From an uncultured Candidatus Saccharibacteria bacterium (lineage in GTDB: Bacteria > Patescibacteriota > Minisyncoccia > Minisyncoccales > CAZKCU01): 64,000 nucleotides of DNA. Position numbers and translations under genes: made by a program. The stretch lies in assembly GCA_964551595.1 (NCBI GenBank), contig CAZKCU010000001.1, positions 65,246 to 129,245 on the forward strand, read 5' to 3'. Of this stretch, positions 21,901 to 31,726 are shown piece by piece; within the stretch, counting starts at the first letter, position 1; each line of letters opens with the position of its first letter. A model generated the notes under the pieces. The model did not search any database, was not told the origin of the DNA, and saw only the letters and a program-made list of their open reading frames with translations.

Positions 21901-22803
21901 TTTAGCTAATCTGTTGGGGGTGCCGCCAAGGGTAATTACTTCTCCTTCTAAACCAAAACAATTTCCGGTAGCTAAACAAACAGTTCCGGATAAATCTGGA
22001 AAATTATATTCTCTCTCAACAGTAAGTCCGGCAGCAGTAATTCTTCCTTCAAATTCATTTCTGATTAAAGCGAAACTTGGGGCAGTTATTTTTTCTTTTG
22101 CTTTTAAAAGAGCGTTAATAGCTGTTTCAGCATTGATAGTAAGATAGGGTTCAACAGCCGGAAGGCTAAAAACTTCTTCGCGAAGAGAAGAAGCCGGCAA
22201 TTGAGTTAATTTTCTAAATCCACTTATATGTTCGCTTATATTAGCTAAAAAATAAGGAATTGGATCTATAAAATTAATTTTTTCATCTGTAAAAAAAAGG
22301 GTTGAAACGCAAATTAAAACCAAAAGCACAATTTTTAAAATAGCCGGTATTTTTACAAAGGGTTTTCTTTCAATAATAATTTCAGGAGTTTCTTTGATTT
22401 CCAATTCTTCTCCTTTTTCTTTTTCTGTTTGCGGAACTTCAGTTTTTAACTGAAAAGATTCAATTCCCGGACCATACATATATGTATGGGGAGTAGTAAT
22501 TTTTGGCAGCTTTTTCTCAAAAACTTTTTCTTCTTCCTCTCTTTTTATTTCCTGAATACTCTTTCCGGCTTTTAATTTTTTGTCAATCTCAAGCAAAATT
22601 CCAAGAGTGCTTTCCAAGTAAGCACCGTTTGGAGGCAGACCGTTAAAAGACTTTCTTTGAAGATGTGGCAAAAGACCGATTTTGACGTAATAGCGCAGAC
22701 GATTTTTAGGGTCACCTTTTCCAAAATCAACTCCAAGTCTTCTTGCTCTAGCAATAAATTCTTCAATGCTTATTAAATTTTCATTTTTATTCTCTATTGA
22801 CAT
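12907..22803 (-). CDS. Giant (3,298 aa) single-pass mosaic surface protein with a cytoplasmic MerR-like HTH N-terminus
   Basis: Uninterrupted 9.9-kb ORF. Aa 1-95 are MerR-like (RLRYYVKIGLLP...SIQEIK). One TM helix at aa ~152-172 (IPAILKIVLLVLICVSTLFFT). Then GN(V/I)GIGT-punctuated tail-fibre-like segments, 2x5 FG-GAP-like repeats, 7 Asp-box blades, a C-terminal beta domain, a Cys-rich segment and an E/P/A/V tail. Confidence 0.9.
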   Translation of the reverse strand: MSIENKNENLISIEEFIARARRLGVDFGKGDPKNRLRYYVKIGLLPHLQRKSFNGLPPNGAYLESTLGILLEIDKKLKAGKSIQEIKREEEEKVFEKKLPKITTPHTYMYGPGIESFQLKTEVPQTEKEKGEELEIKETPEIIIERKPFVKIPAILKIVLLVLICVSTLFFTDEKINFIDPIPYFLANISEHISGFRKLTQLPASSLREEVFSLPAVEPYLTINAETAINALLKAKEKITAPSFALIRNEFEGRITAAGLTVEREYNFPDLSGTVCLATGNCFGLEGEVITLGGTPNRLAKFISAQEVRDSSISDLYLGGVAIAIDSVGNVGIGIEDPAHPFHVEGRIQATGDICTDLKGGRCLSTLRVGGGGGGGIGGSGSANYLSIWTSSGSLGNSILYQTGGNIGIGTTGPAATALLDLTSTEKGFLAPRMTEAQRDAISSPATGLFIYNTTTNQYDMYNGTSWGAVGGGVPTDAQYVTLAVNATLTDERVLTAGTNISVTDGGAGGNVTIATINNPVFSTSVTSPIIYGSSAASGNLTLRTTSDATKGYVILADDGGNVGIGTASPTSLFSVGASSQFQIDTSGDIIKLKNLTYSWPSSHTADGFLKDDGSGTLTWTTIGGAGGVTGSGTAGYIPKWSTSTTLTDSVLYETGGNIGIATASPEVELDIAGQARITSTTTPQLSVRYDAAKYLNTLLSSGETTFQTGFSSFLFKSLQQAVYFWTRKSDWDAPDVGTYSAPAFADLDDDGDYDLLIGRYYGQSYGYENTGTVSSPAWTRESDWDAPDIGDLMPAPALADLDDDGDYDLLIGSFDGISYAYENTGTVSSPTWTRKSDWDVSDVGTGSGPGFADLDNDGDYDLLIREISGVSLGYENTGTVSSPAWTRESDWDAPSVGLSYSSPALADLDDDGDYDLLTGASGDRVYAYENTGTVSSPAWTRKSDWDAPDVGSARPALADLDDDGDDDLLIGATGGVSYAYENTGSGGQLTTRLVIDQDGKVGVATTAPYERLEVAGGTRVGQAPTTYTTLSADMTDSQTTATVASTSGYPSVGTLLIDSEAMTYTNKSDTVFTGLTRGALGTTAATHSSGVTVKNYLFTALATATTPNMVITGEGNLGIGTTNPGAKLDLSYTQTAVGGDEGIRSLVTQGTNALTGTLRAGYFVATNGELDSSSGTIRGIEVKARAAGSDLTGGSVGTLEAISASADAKDETVITLRGAELILDGQTGASVTTAVGLRIANNFQANIATTSYGLQIYRDSFDYTADIQLSSGGTIGGSSGTLSITSGGNVGIGTTGPDRKLDVLDASNPQLRLTQADESVYADFQVDSNGDLVMNVDGVSNQLVLDDGGNIGIGTASPTSLFSVGSASQFQVDSSGDIIKLKNLTYSWPSAHTADGFLKDDGSGSLAWTTIAGAGGVTGSGTAGYLPKWNTSTDLTDSVLYETSGKVGVATASPEVELDIAGQVRITSTTTSQLSVRYDANRYLDTILSLDNETILQTGLSSFLFKSLQSIDFWAAESDWDVSGPADPRPAFADLDNDLDYDLLIGVGSNGSVPNGYSYAYENTGTVSSPTWTRKGDWDPPDAGKQAAPAFADLDNDLDYDLLIGTENGISIGYENTGTVSSPTWAAKSDWNVPDVGDYSRPAFADLDNDLDYDLLIGASDGYSYGYENTGTVSSPTWEAKSDWDTSDVGTRASPAFADLDDDLDYDLLIGDNSGISYGYENTGTVSSPTWIAKSSWDTPDVSAWAGPAFADLDNDGDYDLLIGNQQTYCYGYENTGGGGQLTTRLVIDGDGNVGIGTTNPTAKFQVVQTATATGELTGIVYTGAVNTDQTLSTEIPAVTITTAGRQWATGALTTQREVLITAPTYSFVGASTITDAATLAVAGAPIAGTNATLTNTHGLLIQAGAVAAGATNSYGLTVNTQTGATNNYTAAFLGGNVGIGMATPAYALDVYGTLRSTATTALATVDGNVGIGTTNPSVKLEVLGKIYGRTSGEGASSKLLRIFNAPITLETFDTDAALDNGETYGIFTNYEGGGSDGQVTSGVYRASYAATSGTYVYLRTTNNIGSTFGYQVEALKNYCEGSNYCGVKFGIWTGTNSPTGEFDYWSTSTSLLHLGFYSYYPNPTLTRTDQNNIKYYYNGTTWQTGSSNWLGITIDFAKEYRITITRDAVNLTLTIFNVTDSVQTGTVTVANSDCLALGTNTHFWFGYPNNFGGHPSIFDFDNAGPQEDVFEVDKFYVKQSGDAYIAGNLGIGTTAPTANLDVKGNLNTALTGTVAVTSLSTAVVGTGTAFTTELIVGDAIKIKSEIFTVSEITGNLNLTLDSAYQGDTESGLVAYKDSNLFYVQDGDAAGKMVIDKSGNVGIGTASPSHLLHLSETTTAAGGDTLLRVTGLHTDDTAMTGTLRGAYIDISNGILASTGTIRGMELKARTEAPGDEGNDVAVLEGLSISADSKDHSVTTMRAAEFILDGSTGGTITEAVGLRIANNLQADKATISYGLQLYADSFNYDYGIYAAGSDKHYFSGNVGIGTESPFQKLTIAGDLSSTLKAGYLSTDNVLLSSLEGGMYFGRVGVKENQWGLANYGNTWTAKDSDRSWLGVAMSSDGKVQTAADGAPGQIYVSTDYGNTWTAKDSSRDWRGVAMSSDGKIQTVVVVTGQIYVSTDYGNTWTAKDSSRNWQKVAMSSDGKIQTATVSSGQIYVSTDYGNTWTAKDSSRDWYGVAMSSDGKIQTATDDGGQIYVSTDYGNTWTAKDSDRWWLGIAMSSDGKVQTAAADGDQIYVSTDYGNTWTAKDSSRSWWEVAISSDGKVQTAVVNNGQIYVSTDYGDTWTAKDSDRYWRGVVMSSDGKIQTAVVVGGQIYVSYADSFIYGGNVGIGTMNPTYPLHIYSGGVERYRFDTDGTAYADVAWSTFSPYISMHFIEGEKEDYEIGELIVISEDKKVSKTSLLYQNTLLGVVAEKAGFISYPHNWKEEMREGNLELDEFPGIPVAYLGDVPVKVSLEGGEITVGDPLTSSSESGIAMKSTEPGRVIGMALEPFNGTITQCETVITGNEETAKNEEAEECTTVESEIGKIMVFVNPHWSLGQLLDDGSLATSDDNEQLIDNNETSSETSEEQPTILDQFTLAIKKSLEKLGLLIKDGIVKVRELIAEKIFAKKLCLEGDDGETICVDKNQLEELLMKNQIQSIDSNSGSSGEGSDGNSLSVSNTDNSGSDDLTDGSTPDVCDATHLTLCTTQAECETAAGFWYNEGCNTEPKSEEPAVEEPAVEEPAEEPPAEEEPLAEEPPAEEPAVEEPTPDID
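12910..13041 (-). repeat. Low-complexity (E/P/A/V) C-terminal tail of the giant protein
   Basis: EEPAVEEPAVEEPAEEPPAEEEPLAEEPPAEEPAVEEP encoded by reiterated GGTTCTTC(W)GC units. Confidence 0.85.
13182..13206. repeat. Palindromic 25-26-nt element, copy inside the giant gene
   Basis: TGTCGGTAT-TTG-ATACCGACAGACT. The reverse complement of 51204-51229 matches at 25 of 26 positions. Confidence 0.8.
13690..14030 (-). other. C-terminal beta-rich domain of the giant protein, homologous to the ectodomain of the c-like protein at 24386-24688
   Basis: GELIVISEDKK..YQNTLLGVV...PVAYLGDVPVKVSLEGGEITVGDPLTSSSESGIAMK..GRVIGMALEPFN aligns with [19 protein letters not shown]...[48 protein letters not shown]. 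Confidence 0.7.
14222..15080 (-). repeat. Seven tandem 120-nt (40-aa) Asp-box/BNR blades (predicted 7-bladed beta-propeller)
   Basis: GQIYVSTDYGNTWTAKDSSR.W.GVAMSSDGK(I/V)QTA occurs 7 times. S-x-D-x-G-x-T-W is present in each unit. The DNA motif GAATCTTTGGCTGTCCAGGT recurs at exactly 120-nt spacing (14303, 14423 ... 15023). Confidence 0.9.
17400..18765 (-). repeat. Duplicated ~1.35-kb module B (stalk segment plus 5 FG-GAP repeats)
   Basis: DDGGNIGIGTASPTSLFSVGSASQFQVDSSGDIIKLKNLTYSWPSAHTADGFLKDDGSGS... parallels module A residue for residue, about 2.36 kb away. Confidence 0.85.
17460..18268 (-). repeat. FG-GAP/VCBS-like repeat block 2 (5 units of ~53 aa)
   Basis: PAFADLDNDLDYDLLIG....YGYENTGTVSSPTW..KSDWD occurs 5 times. 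DxDxDGDYD is a Ca-binding-type motif. Confidence 0.85.
19775..21132 (-). repeat. Duplicated ~1.35-kb module A (stalk segment plus 5 FG-GAP repeats)
   Basis: DDGGNVGIGTASPTSLFSVGASSQFQIDTSGDIIKLKNLTYSWPSSHTADGFLKDDGSGT... then 5 FG-GAP units, ending GGQLTTRLVIDQDGKVGVATTAP. Confidence 0.85.
19849..20640 (-). repeat. FG-GAP/VCBS-like repeat block 1 (5 units)
   Basis: PA(F/L)ADLDDDGDYDLLIG....Y(A/G)YENTGTVSSPAWTR(K/E)SDWDAPD occurs 5 times. Confidence 0.85.
22519..22803 (-). other. MerR-like helix-turn-helix domain at the N-terminus of the giant protein
   Basis: ISIEEFIARARRLGV...NRLRYYVKIGLLPHLQRK...AYLESTLGILLEIDKKLKAGKSIQEIK has the MerR pattern (HTH, R.Y...GLL.P, then a helix ending G.s..eI). 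Comparison is from memory of MerR-family sequences. Confidence 0.55.
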
Positions 22804-22916
22804 AATCTTTTAGGTTTGGTAAACTTCAACGCAGAAGACCCATACTGAAGCACATAAATATTTTATGTATTCAGCAAAAAAGCGACTAATTTTTTCCTAA
22901 TCTTTGGCGCTTATCG

Positions 22917-22947
22917 CTCTCTTAAATTTTGAAAAAATTTGAGAGAG
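22917..22947. other. 14-bp hairpin with GAA triloop
   Basis: CTCTCTTAAATTTT-GAA-AAAATTTGAGAGAG (one G-T wobble). Confidence 0.6.
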
Positions 22948-23094
22948 TAAACGGGTCTTCTTTTTTTATCTTTTTATCTTATTTTTCTTTAGGAAATCAT
23001 TTCCCGTGACGGGAAATAAATCGATTATTTCATTATCTTTGAAGTAAACACCCTTGTCAAGGGCTACAATTGTGGAAAACTTCATCTATAAATA

Positions 23095-23265
23095 TAGTCG
23101 AAGAACATCCGTTCTTCTTCACTCACCGAGTCTCGTTTGCGGGACGAAGGTGGAAAAGAGTGCGGAGCGCTCTTTGACTTCGCTGCGACTCGGGTAGGCG
23201 AAGAGATAAATCTCTTCTTCACCCTTCATTGCGATTCGAGTAACCGAGAAATCTAAAGTCCAAAG
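23095..23265. ncRNA. GC-enriched multi-hairpin region (candidate structured RNA, class unknown)
   Basis: Nested or adjacent stems: GAAGAAC-ATCC-GTTCTTC; GTCTCG-TTTG-CGGGAC; AAAGAGTG-CGGAG-CGCTCTTT; CCGAGTC...GACTCGG; GAAGAG-ATAAAT-CTCTTC. Noticeably more GC-rich than its surroundings. No ORF. Confidence 0.3.
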
Positions 23266-23439
23266 CACTAAATCACAAACTCAAAATAGTTTTGAATTTT
23301 GACATTACCTGTCCGCTGTAAGTTTTGCCCTTGGTAAAATTTGGGCGGATTAGGTTAAATTCCCGCCGCGGGAAAAAGAATATTTCTGAAAATAAGGGAT
23401 AAAGTTTGGAAACTGAACCAAACATGTTATAATTAGGCA

Positions 23440-25018
<1,579 letters not shown>

Positions 25019-25019
25019 T

Positions 25020-25676
25020 ATGAATACTCAAATTTTCCTTATTATTTTGCTTGGCTTTGGCATTTTGGCAATAATGGCAGTAATTTTATTTGGCTTAGAT
25101 ATTTATTATTTAGCGAAAAGGTCCAAAAAAGAAAAAGAAGAAAAGGACGTTATATCTTTAAAATTCTCTGAAGGATTCTTATTAGAATTAGAAAAAATGA
25201 TTAACCAGGAAACAGAGAAGACTATTTCGGAAATCAGCCAAAAAATTGCCGATGAAGTAATAGAATCTTATAAAGAACAAATAGCCGTTTTTTCCCAAGA
25301 AGCAGAAAATAAGATAGCTAATTGGGATGAAATAACCAACAACGAAATTTTAAAATTCAGCAATACCTGCTCTCAGGCCGAAGATTCAATATTACAAGGG
25401 GCAAAAAAAAGAACGGATGAATTAAGCAAAGGTCTGGATGAAAAAATCGGCCGAATTTACCAGACGGCTACAAAATCCATAAACCAAAAAATTGCCCAAA
25501 CCGAAAAGAATATTGAAGATTATAAAAAAGAAAAATTAAAAGAGATAGACCAAAAAATTTATCAAATAATAGAAGATGTGGCAAAGAAAACAATCGGAAA
25601 AGCAATTGATCTTTCTACTCACGAAGAATTAGTTCTACAAGCTTTAGAAAAAGCAAAAAAGGAAAAAATTTTATAA
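25020..25676 (+). CDS. atpF: F-type ATPase subunit b-like (single TM plus long coiled coil)
   Basis: One N-terminal TM, a charged helical remainder, and a C-terminal IGKAIDLSTHEELVLQALEKA like b subunits. Positioned before delta. Confidence 0.7.
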   Translation: MNTQIFLIILLGFGILAIMAVILFGLDIYYLAKRSKKEKEEKDVISLKFSEGFLLELEKMINQETEKTISEISQKIADEVIESYKEQIAVFSQEAENKIANWDEITNNEILKFSNTCSQAEDSILQGAKKRTDELSKGLDEKIGRIYQTATKSINQKIAQTEKNIEDYKKEKLKEIDQKIYQIIEDVAKKTIGKAIDLSTHEELVLQALEKAKKEKIL

Positions 25677-25699
25677 TGAGATGATGAAAATAATGTAAA

Positions 25700-26170
25700 A
25701 TGGAGATATTTAGAGATTTTGCTAAAAAAATAGTTACTAAGGAAGATTTATTATTTCTCCTTGAAGAAATAAATTTAGTTCAGGAGTCAATTTTTAAAAA
25801 TATAAATATTCCCCTATCGGAAAGGGTTAAGGGAAATATAGAAGAAGATTTCAGAAAAGAACTTGAAGAATTGGAAAAAAAGAAAATAATTTCAAAAAAT
25901 CCTGAAGATAATCGGATTTTTTTTGAAAATTTTGAAAAACATCTTCAAAATCTCCCTCAAATTAAAATAGTAATTGCTTTCCAGCCAAAAAAAGAATTTA
26001 TTAATAAAATTTCCCTTTGGCTGGAAAAAGAAATCAACCAAAAGGTGATTTTAGATTTTAATTTCAATCCAGAAATTGTCGGCGGAGCACTCATAGAATA
26101 TCAAGGAAGACAGATTAATCTTTCATTAGCCAAAGAGATAGATAAGTTGTTTTCTCAAAAACAATTATGA
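25700..26170 (+). CDS. atpH: F-type ATPase subunit delta (OSCP)
   Basis: 156 aa. C-terminal NPEIVGGALIEYQGRQINLSLAKEIDKL matches the delta/OSCP signature. Confidence 0.75.
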   Translation: MEIFRDFAKKIVTKEDLLFLLEEINLVQESIFKNINIPLSERVKGNIEEDFRKELEELEKKKIISKNPEDNRIFFENFEKHLQNLPQIKIVIAFQPKKEFINKISLWLEKEINQKVILDFNFNPEIVGGALIEYQGRQINLSLAKEIDKLFSQKQL

Positions 26171-27636
26171 GTCATTTTGAAACTTATTTAGAAAAAACGA
26201 GAGAAATAGGTTATGTTACTTCTCTTTCGCATTCAGTAGCTTATGTTTCCGGCCTACCAGGTTTAAAGCTAGAAGAAATGGTAATCACTAATACTGGAAA
26301 AAGGGGAATTGTCCATGGTTTAAAAGAAAAATTAGCTGAGATTTTAATGATTGATATTAAAGAGCTAAAAATTGGAGAGGCAGTAGTAAGGACAGAGAAA
26401 TCGTTTGAAATACCTATTGGTCAAGAATTACTAGGGAGAATAATTAATCCTCTTTCTCAACCAACCGATGGCCTAGGACCAATTAGAGGAGAAAAAGAAT
26501 ATCAACCAGTCAAAAAAGACGCCCCTTCTTTTATAAAAAGAGTCAGAGTGAATACACCTTTGGAGAGCGGAGTGACACTCGTTGACCTTTTAGTTCCAAT
26601 TGGATATGGTCAAAGAGAATTGATAATTGGCGATGGTAAAACAGGGAAAACCGCTTTCCTTTTACAAACCATTGTCAGTCAGACAAAAAAAGGAGTAGTT
26701 TGTGTTTATGTGGGAATCGGAAAAAAGGATACAGCCATTAAATGGGTAGAGGAATATTTAAAGCACCAAAAAGTCTTTGACCAAACAATAATAATCCATA
26801 CTACGCCTGATGATTCCCCTACCCTAACTTATTTAGCTCCTTATAGCGGGATGAGTATTGCCGAATATTTTCGAGATAAAGGAAAAAAGGTAATAATTGT
26901 TTTAGATGACCTAACCACTCATGCCAAAATTTATAGAGAAATATCGCTTTTATTAAAGAGAGTACCGGGAAGAGATTCTTACCCCGGAGAAATTTTTCAT
27001 ATTCAGGCCGCTCTATTGGAAAGGGCCGGAAATATTAAAAGTAAAGAAGGTAAAGAAGTGAGTATTACCGCTCTGCCAGTAGCTGAAACTTTAGAAAATG
27101 ACCTTTCTGGTTATATCCAAACTAATCTAATAGCAATGACCGATGGTCATATTTTTTTTGATATCAATGAGTTTAGAAAGGGAAAAAGACCAGCAATAAA
27201 TGCTTTTCTTTCGGTTTCAAGGGTAGGAAATCAAACAAAAGCTCCCATAGAAAGAGAGCTGTCCGGCTGGATCAGGAAGAAATTGGTTGAATATCAAAGA
27301 TTGTTAGAAATTACCCAATTTGGCGCTGAATTGCCGGCAGAAATTCAAAAAAACATTGAGTTTGGTGAAAAATTAGAATCTCTTTTTAATCAAGAGGTTG
27401 AGATAACAATTCCCCGAAAACTGCAATTGCTTTTGATCGGACTTTTATTGTCTGGCTTTTGGAAAGATAAATCTTTAAGAGAGATGAAAATAGAAATTGA
27501 TAAACTGTTGGAAAATTACCGAAAGGGAGTTTTACCAGGGTTCAAAGAAGAAATTGAAGAAATAAAAGATTTTGACCATCTTCAATTTTTGACGAAAGAA
27601 ATAATGTCGGAAATTAAAAAAGCAATTTCACATTAA
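26167..27636 (+). CDS. atpA: F-type ATPase subunit alpha
   Basis: 489 aa. Walker A GDGKTGKT, VYVGIGKK, DDLTTHA, REISLLLKRVPGRDSYPGEIFHIQAALLERA. Confidence 0.92.
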   Translation: MSHFETYLEKTREIGYVTSLSHSVAYVSGLPGLKLEEMVITNTGKRGIVHGLKEKLAEILMIDIKELKIGEAVVRTEKSFEIPIGQELLGRIINPLSQPTDGLGPIRGEKEYQPVKKDAPSFIKRVRVNTPLESGVTLVDLLVPIGYGQRELIIGDGKTGKTAFLLQTIVSQTKKGVVCVYVGIGKKDTAIKWVEEYLKHQKVFDQTIIIHTTPDDSPTLTYLAPYSGMSIAEYFRDKGKKVIIVLDDLTTHAKIYREISLLLKRVPGRDSYPGEIFHIQAALLERAGNIKSKEGKEVSITALPVAETLENDLSGYIQTNLIAMTDGHIFFDINEFRKGKRPAINAFLSVSRVGNQTKAPIERELSGWIRKKLVEYQRLLEITQFGAELPAEIQKNIEFGEKLESLFNQEVEITIPRKLQLLLIGLLLSGFWKDKSLREMKIEIDKLLENYRKGVLPGFKEEIEEIKDFDHLQFLTKEIMSEIKKAISH

Positions 27637-27637
27637 C

Positions 27638-29838
<2,201 letters not shown>

Positions 29839-29880
29839 ATGTTTGCTATGAAGGAGGTTTAGTCTATTTGAATTAATTCT

Positions 29881-30150
29881 ATGAATTCTAAAAAAAAAGA
29901 ATTTTTAGAAGTAAATGTATTCTGGCTGCCAATTGTCAAAGAAGTTTTTTATCAGGGAAAGGCAGAGGTAGTTTCGTCTCAAAATAAATTGGGCAAATTT
30001 GATATTTTGCCCAAACATACCAACTTTATTAGCCTTATTTTTAACAACCTTTCAATTCTTACTCCGGACAAAAAGAAAACCACTTACCAATTTAAACGAG
30101 GAGTATTGGAAGTTACCAAAAACAAAGTCAACATTTTTTTAGGATTATAG
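29881..30150 (+). CDS. atpC: F-type ATPase subunit epsilon, beta-sandwich domain only
   Basis: 89 aa. LGKFDILPKHTNFISLI and GVLEVTKNKVNIFL match the epsilon N-terminal domain. No C-terminal helical hairpin. Confidence 0.75.
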   Translation: MNSKKKEFLEVNVFWLPIVKEVFYQGKAEVVSSQNKLGKFDILPKHTNFISLIFNNLSILTPDKKKTTYQFKRGVLEVTKNKVNIFLGL

Positions 30151-30152
30151 AA

Positions 30153-30521
30153 TTACTTCAAAAACTTTTTTATTCTGGCAACAATCTGATCAAGAGTGAA
30201 ATGGGCCTTAATTAAATAATCAACTGCCCCTAAATTCAATCCTTTTTTAATTTCCTCTTCTTGGCCAAGATTAGAAAGAATAATTACCGGAATTGATTCT
30301 AAATCAGAATCTCTTTTTATCTTTGATAAGACCTCATAGCCGTTGATGCCCGGCAAAAGCAGATCTAACAAAATAAAATCCGGTTTATTCTTTTTTAGTT
30401 TTTGAATTCCTTCTTCTCCGTCAATTGCCTCTTCAACCTCAAAACCTTCTTGAAGTAAGGTTTGAACAATAAGGAATCTTAAAGTTTTCTCATCTTCAAT
30501 CACCAAAATTTTCTTTTTCAT
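30153..30521 (-). CDS. Single-domain response regulator (CheY-like receiver)
   Basis: 122 aa. ILVIEDE, phospho-acceptor context ILLDLLLPGINGY, conserved K (DYLIKAH). No output domain. Confidence 0.9.
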   Translation of the reverse strand: MKKKILVIEDEKTLRFLIVQTLLQEGFEVEEAIDGEEGIQKLKKNKPDFILLDLLLPGINGYEVLSKIKRDSDLESIPVIILSNLGQEEEIKKGLNLGAVDYLIKAHFTLDQIVARIKKFLK

Positions 30522-30523
30522 AT

Positions 30524-31624
30524 TTATTTTAAAGGCAGATTAAAATAAAAGGTTGTGCCTTTCCCTTCCTCTGATTGAAACCAAATTTTTCCGTTATGAG
30601 CTTCAATGATATTTTTTACAATGAAAAGACCGAGACCGTTTCCTTCAGTTTCCATTTTAACAGCATTTGATCCTCTAAAAAATTTTTTAAAAACATTTTG
30701 CTGCTGGTTCTCAGGAATTCCGATTCCGGTATCCTCAATTGAAAATTCTATTTCTTTTTCTGTAGAATTTAAAGTAATAGTTATCATGCCTCCCGGTAAA
30801 TTATATCTAATGGCATTATCTAAAAGATTCTGAATCGCCAAAGGCATCTTTTCGGTATCAATTTTAATTTTTGGCAATTTCTTACTTGGAACCCGGAATT
30901 CAAATTTAATTTGCTTCTTTCTAATTTTCTCCTGATAAGATTCTATAACTGATTGGATAACTTCTTCAAAGTTAGAAAGAGTTAATTTATAAAGACGCCT
31001 GCCTTCTTCTATTCTGACTACATCTAAAAGGTCATCAATAAGAGCAAGCATCCTTTTATTAGAATCATAAGCCTTTTCAAGTATTTCCTTTTGTCCTTCT
31101 GTTAATTTTCCTAATTTTTCTTTTGATAATGTTTCCAACGTCCATTTAATCTCTGAAAGCGGCGTCCTCAGCTGATGGGCAGAGATAGAAACAAATTCAG
31201 TCTTCATCCTTTTAATTGTTTTTTCTCTGGTAATATCGTGGAGAATAATTAGGCTGCCAAGTTTTTTTCCTTCTTTCAAAATTGGAAGAGAAGTTATTTC
31301 TAAAATTAAATTTTTTCTAATTTCCAATTCCTTTCTAAAAACTTCTTTGATTTCTTTTCCTAAAAGATAAAATAAATTTTTAAGATTGGGGAAATTTATA
31401 AATTCAACAATTGATTTACCTAAAATCTCTTTTTCAATCTCAAAAATTTTTTTGGCCACAGGATTAATTAATGAAAGTTTTCCTTCCTTGTCAAAGACCA
31501 TTAGCCCATCGGCCAAGTTATCAATAATGGTTAGAATTTTCTCTTTCTCTTCCCGGGCGTCAGCGAAAAGGGAAGAAGAAGATTTATCTTCTTCGCCCTC
31601 TTCAATATCTTTTTGATTTATCAT
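30524..31624 (-). CDS. Cytoplasmic PAS-domain sensor histidine kinase
   Basis: 366 aa. No TM segment. H-box SISAHQLRTPL, N-box NLLDNAIRY, G-boxes DTGIGIP and GNGLGL. Confidence 0.9.
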   Translation of the reverse strand: MINQKDIEEGEEDKSSSSLFADAREEKEKILTIIDNLADGLMVFDKEGKLSLINPVAKKIFEIEKEILGKSIVEFINFPNLKNLFYLLGKEIKEVFRKELEIRKNLILEITSLPILKEGKKLGSLIILHDITREKTIKRMKTEFVSISAHQLRTPLSEIKWTLETLSKEKLGKLTEGQKEILEKAYDSNKRMLALIDDLLDVVRIEEGRRLYKLTLSNFEEVIQSVIESYQEKIRKKQIKFEFRVPSKKLPKIKIDTEKMPLAIQNLLDNAIRYNLPGGMITITLNSTEKEIEFSIEDTGIGIPENQQQNVFKKFFRGSNAVKMETEGNGLGLFIVKNIIEAHNGKIWFQSEEGKGTTFYFNLPLK

Positions 31625-31726
31625 ATTGCTTTTTTGTTATTGTTGAATTTCAGGTGAAGTTTTTTGAATCGGAAGCTGAAAAAGCATTCTTTAATTTTAA
31701 CGCCATATAAGCAAGCCGTCAAACTG

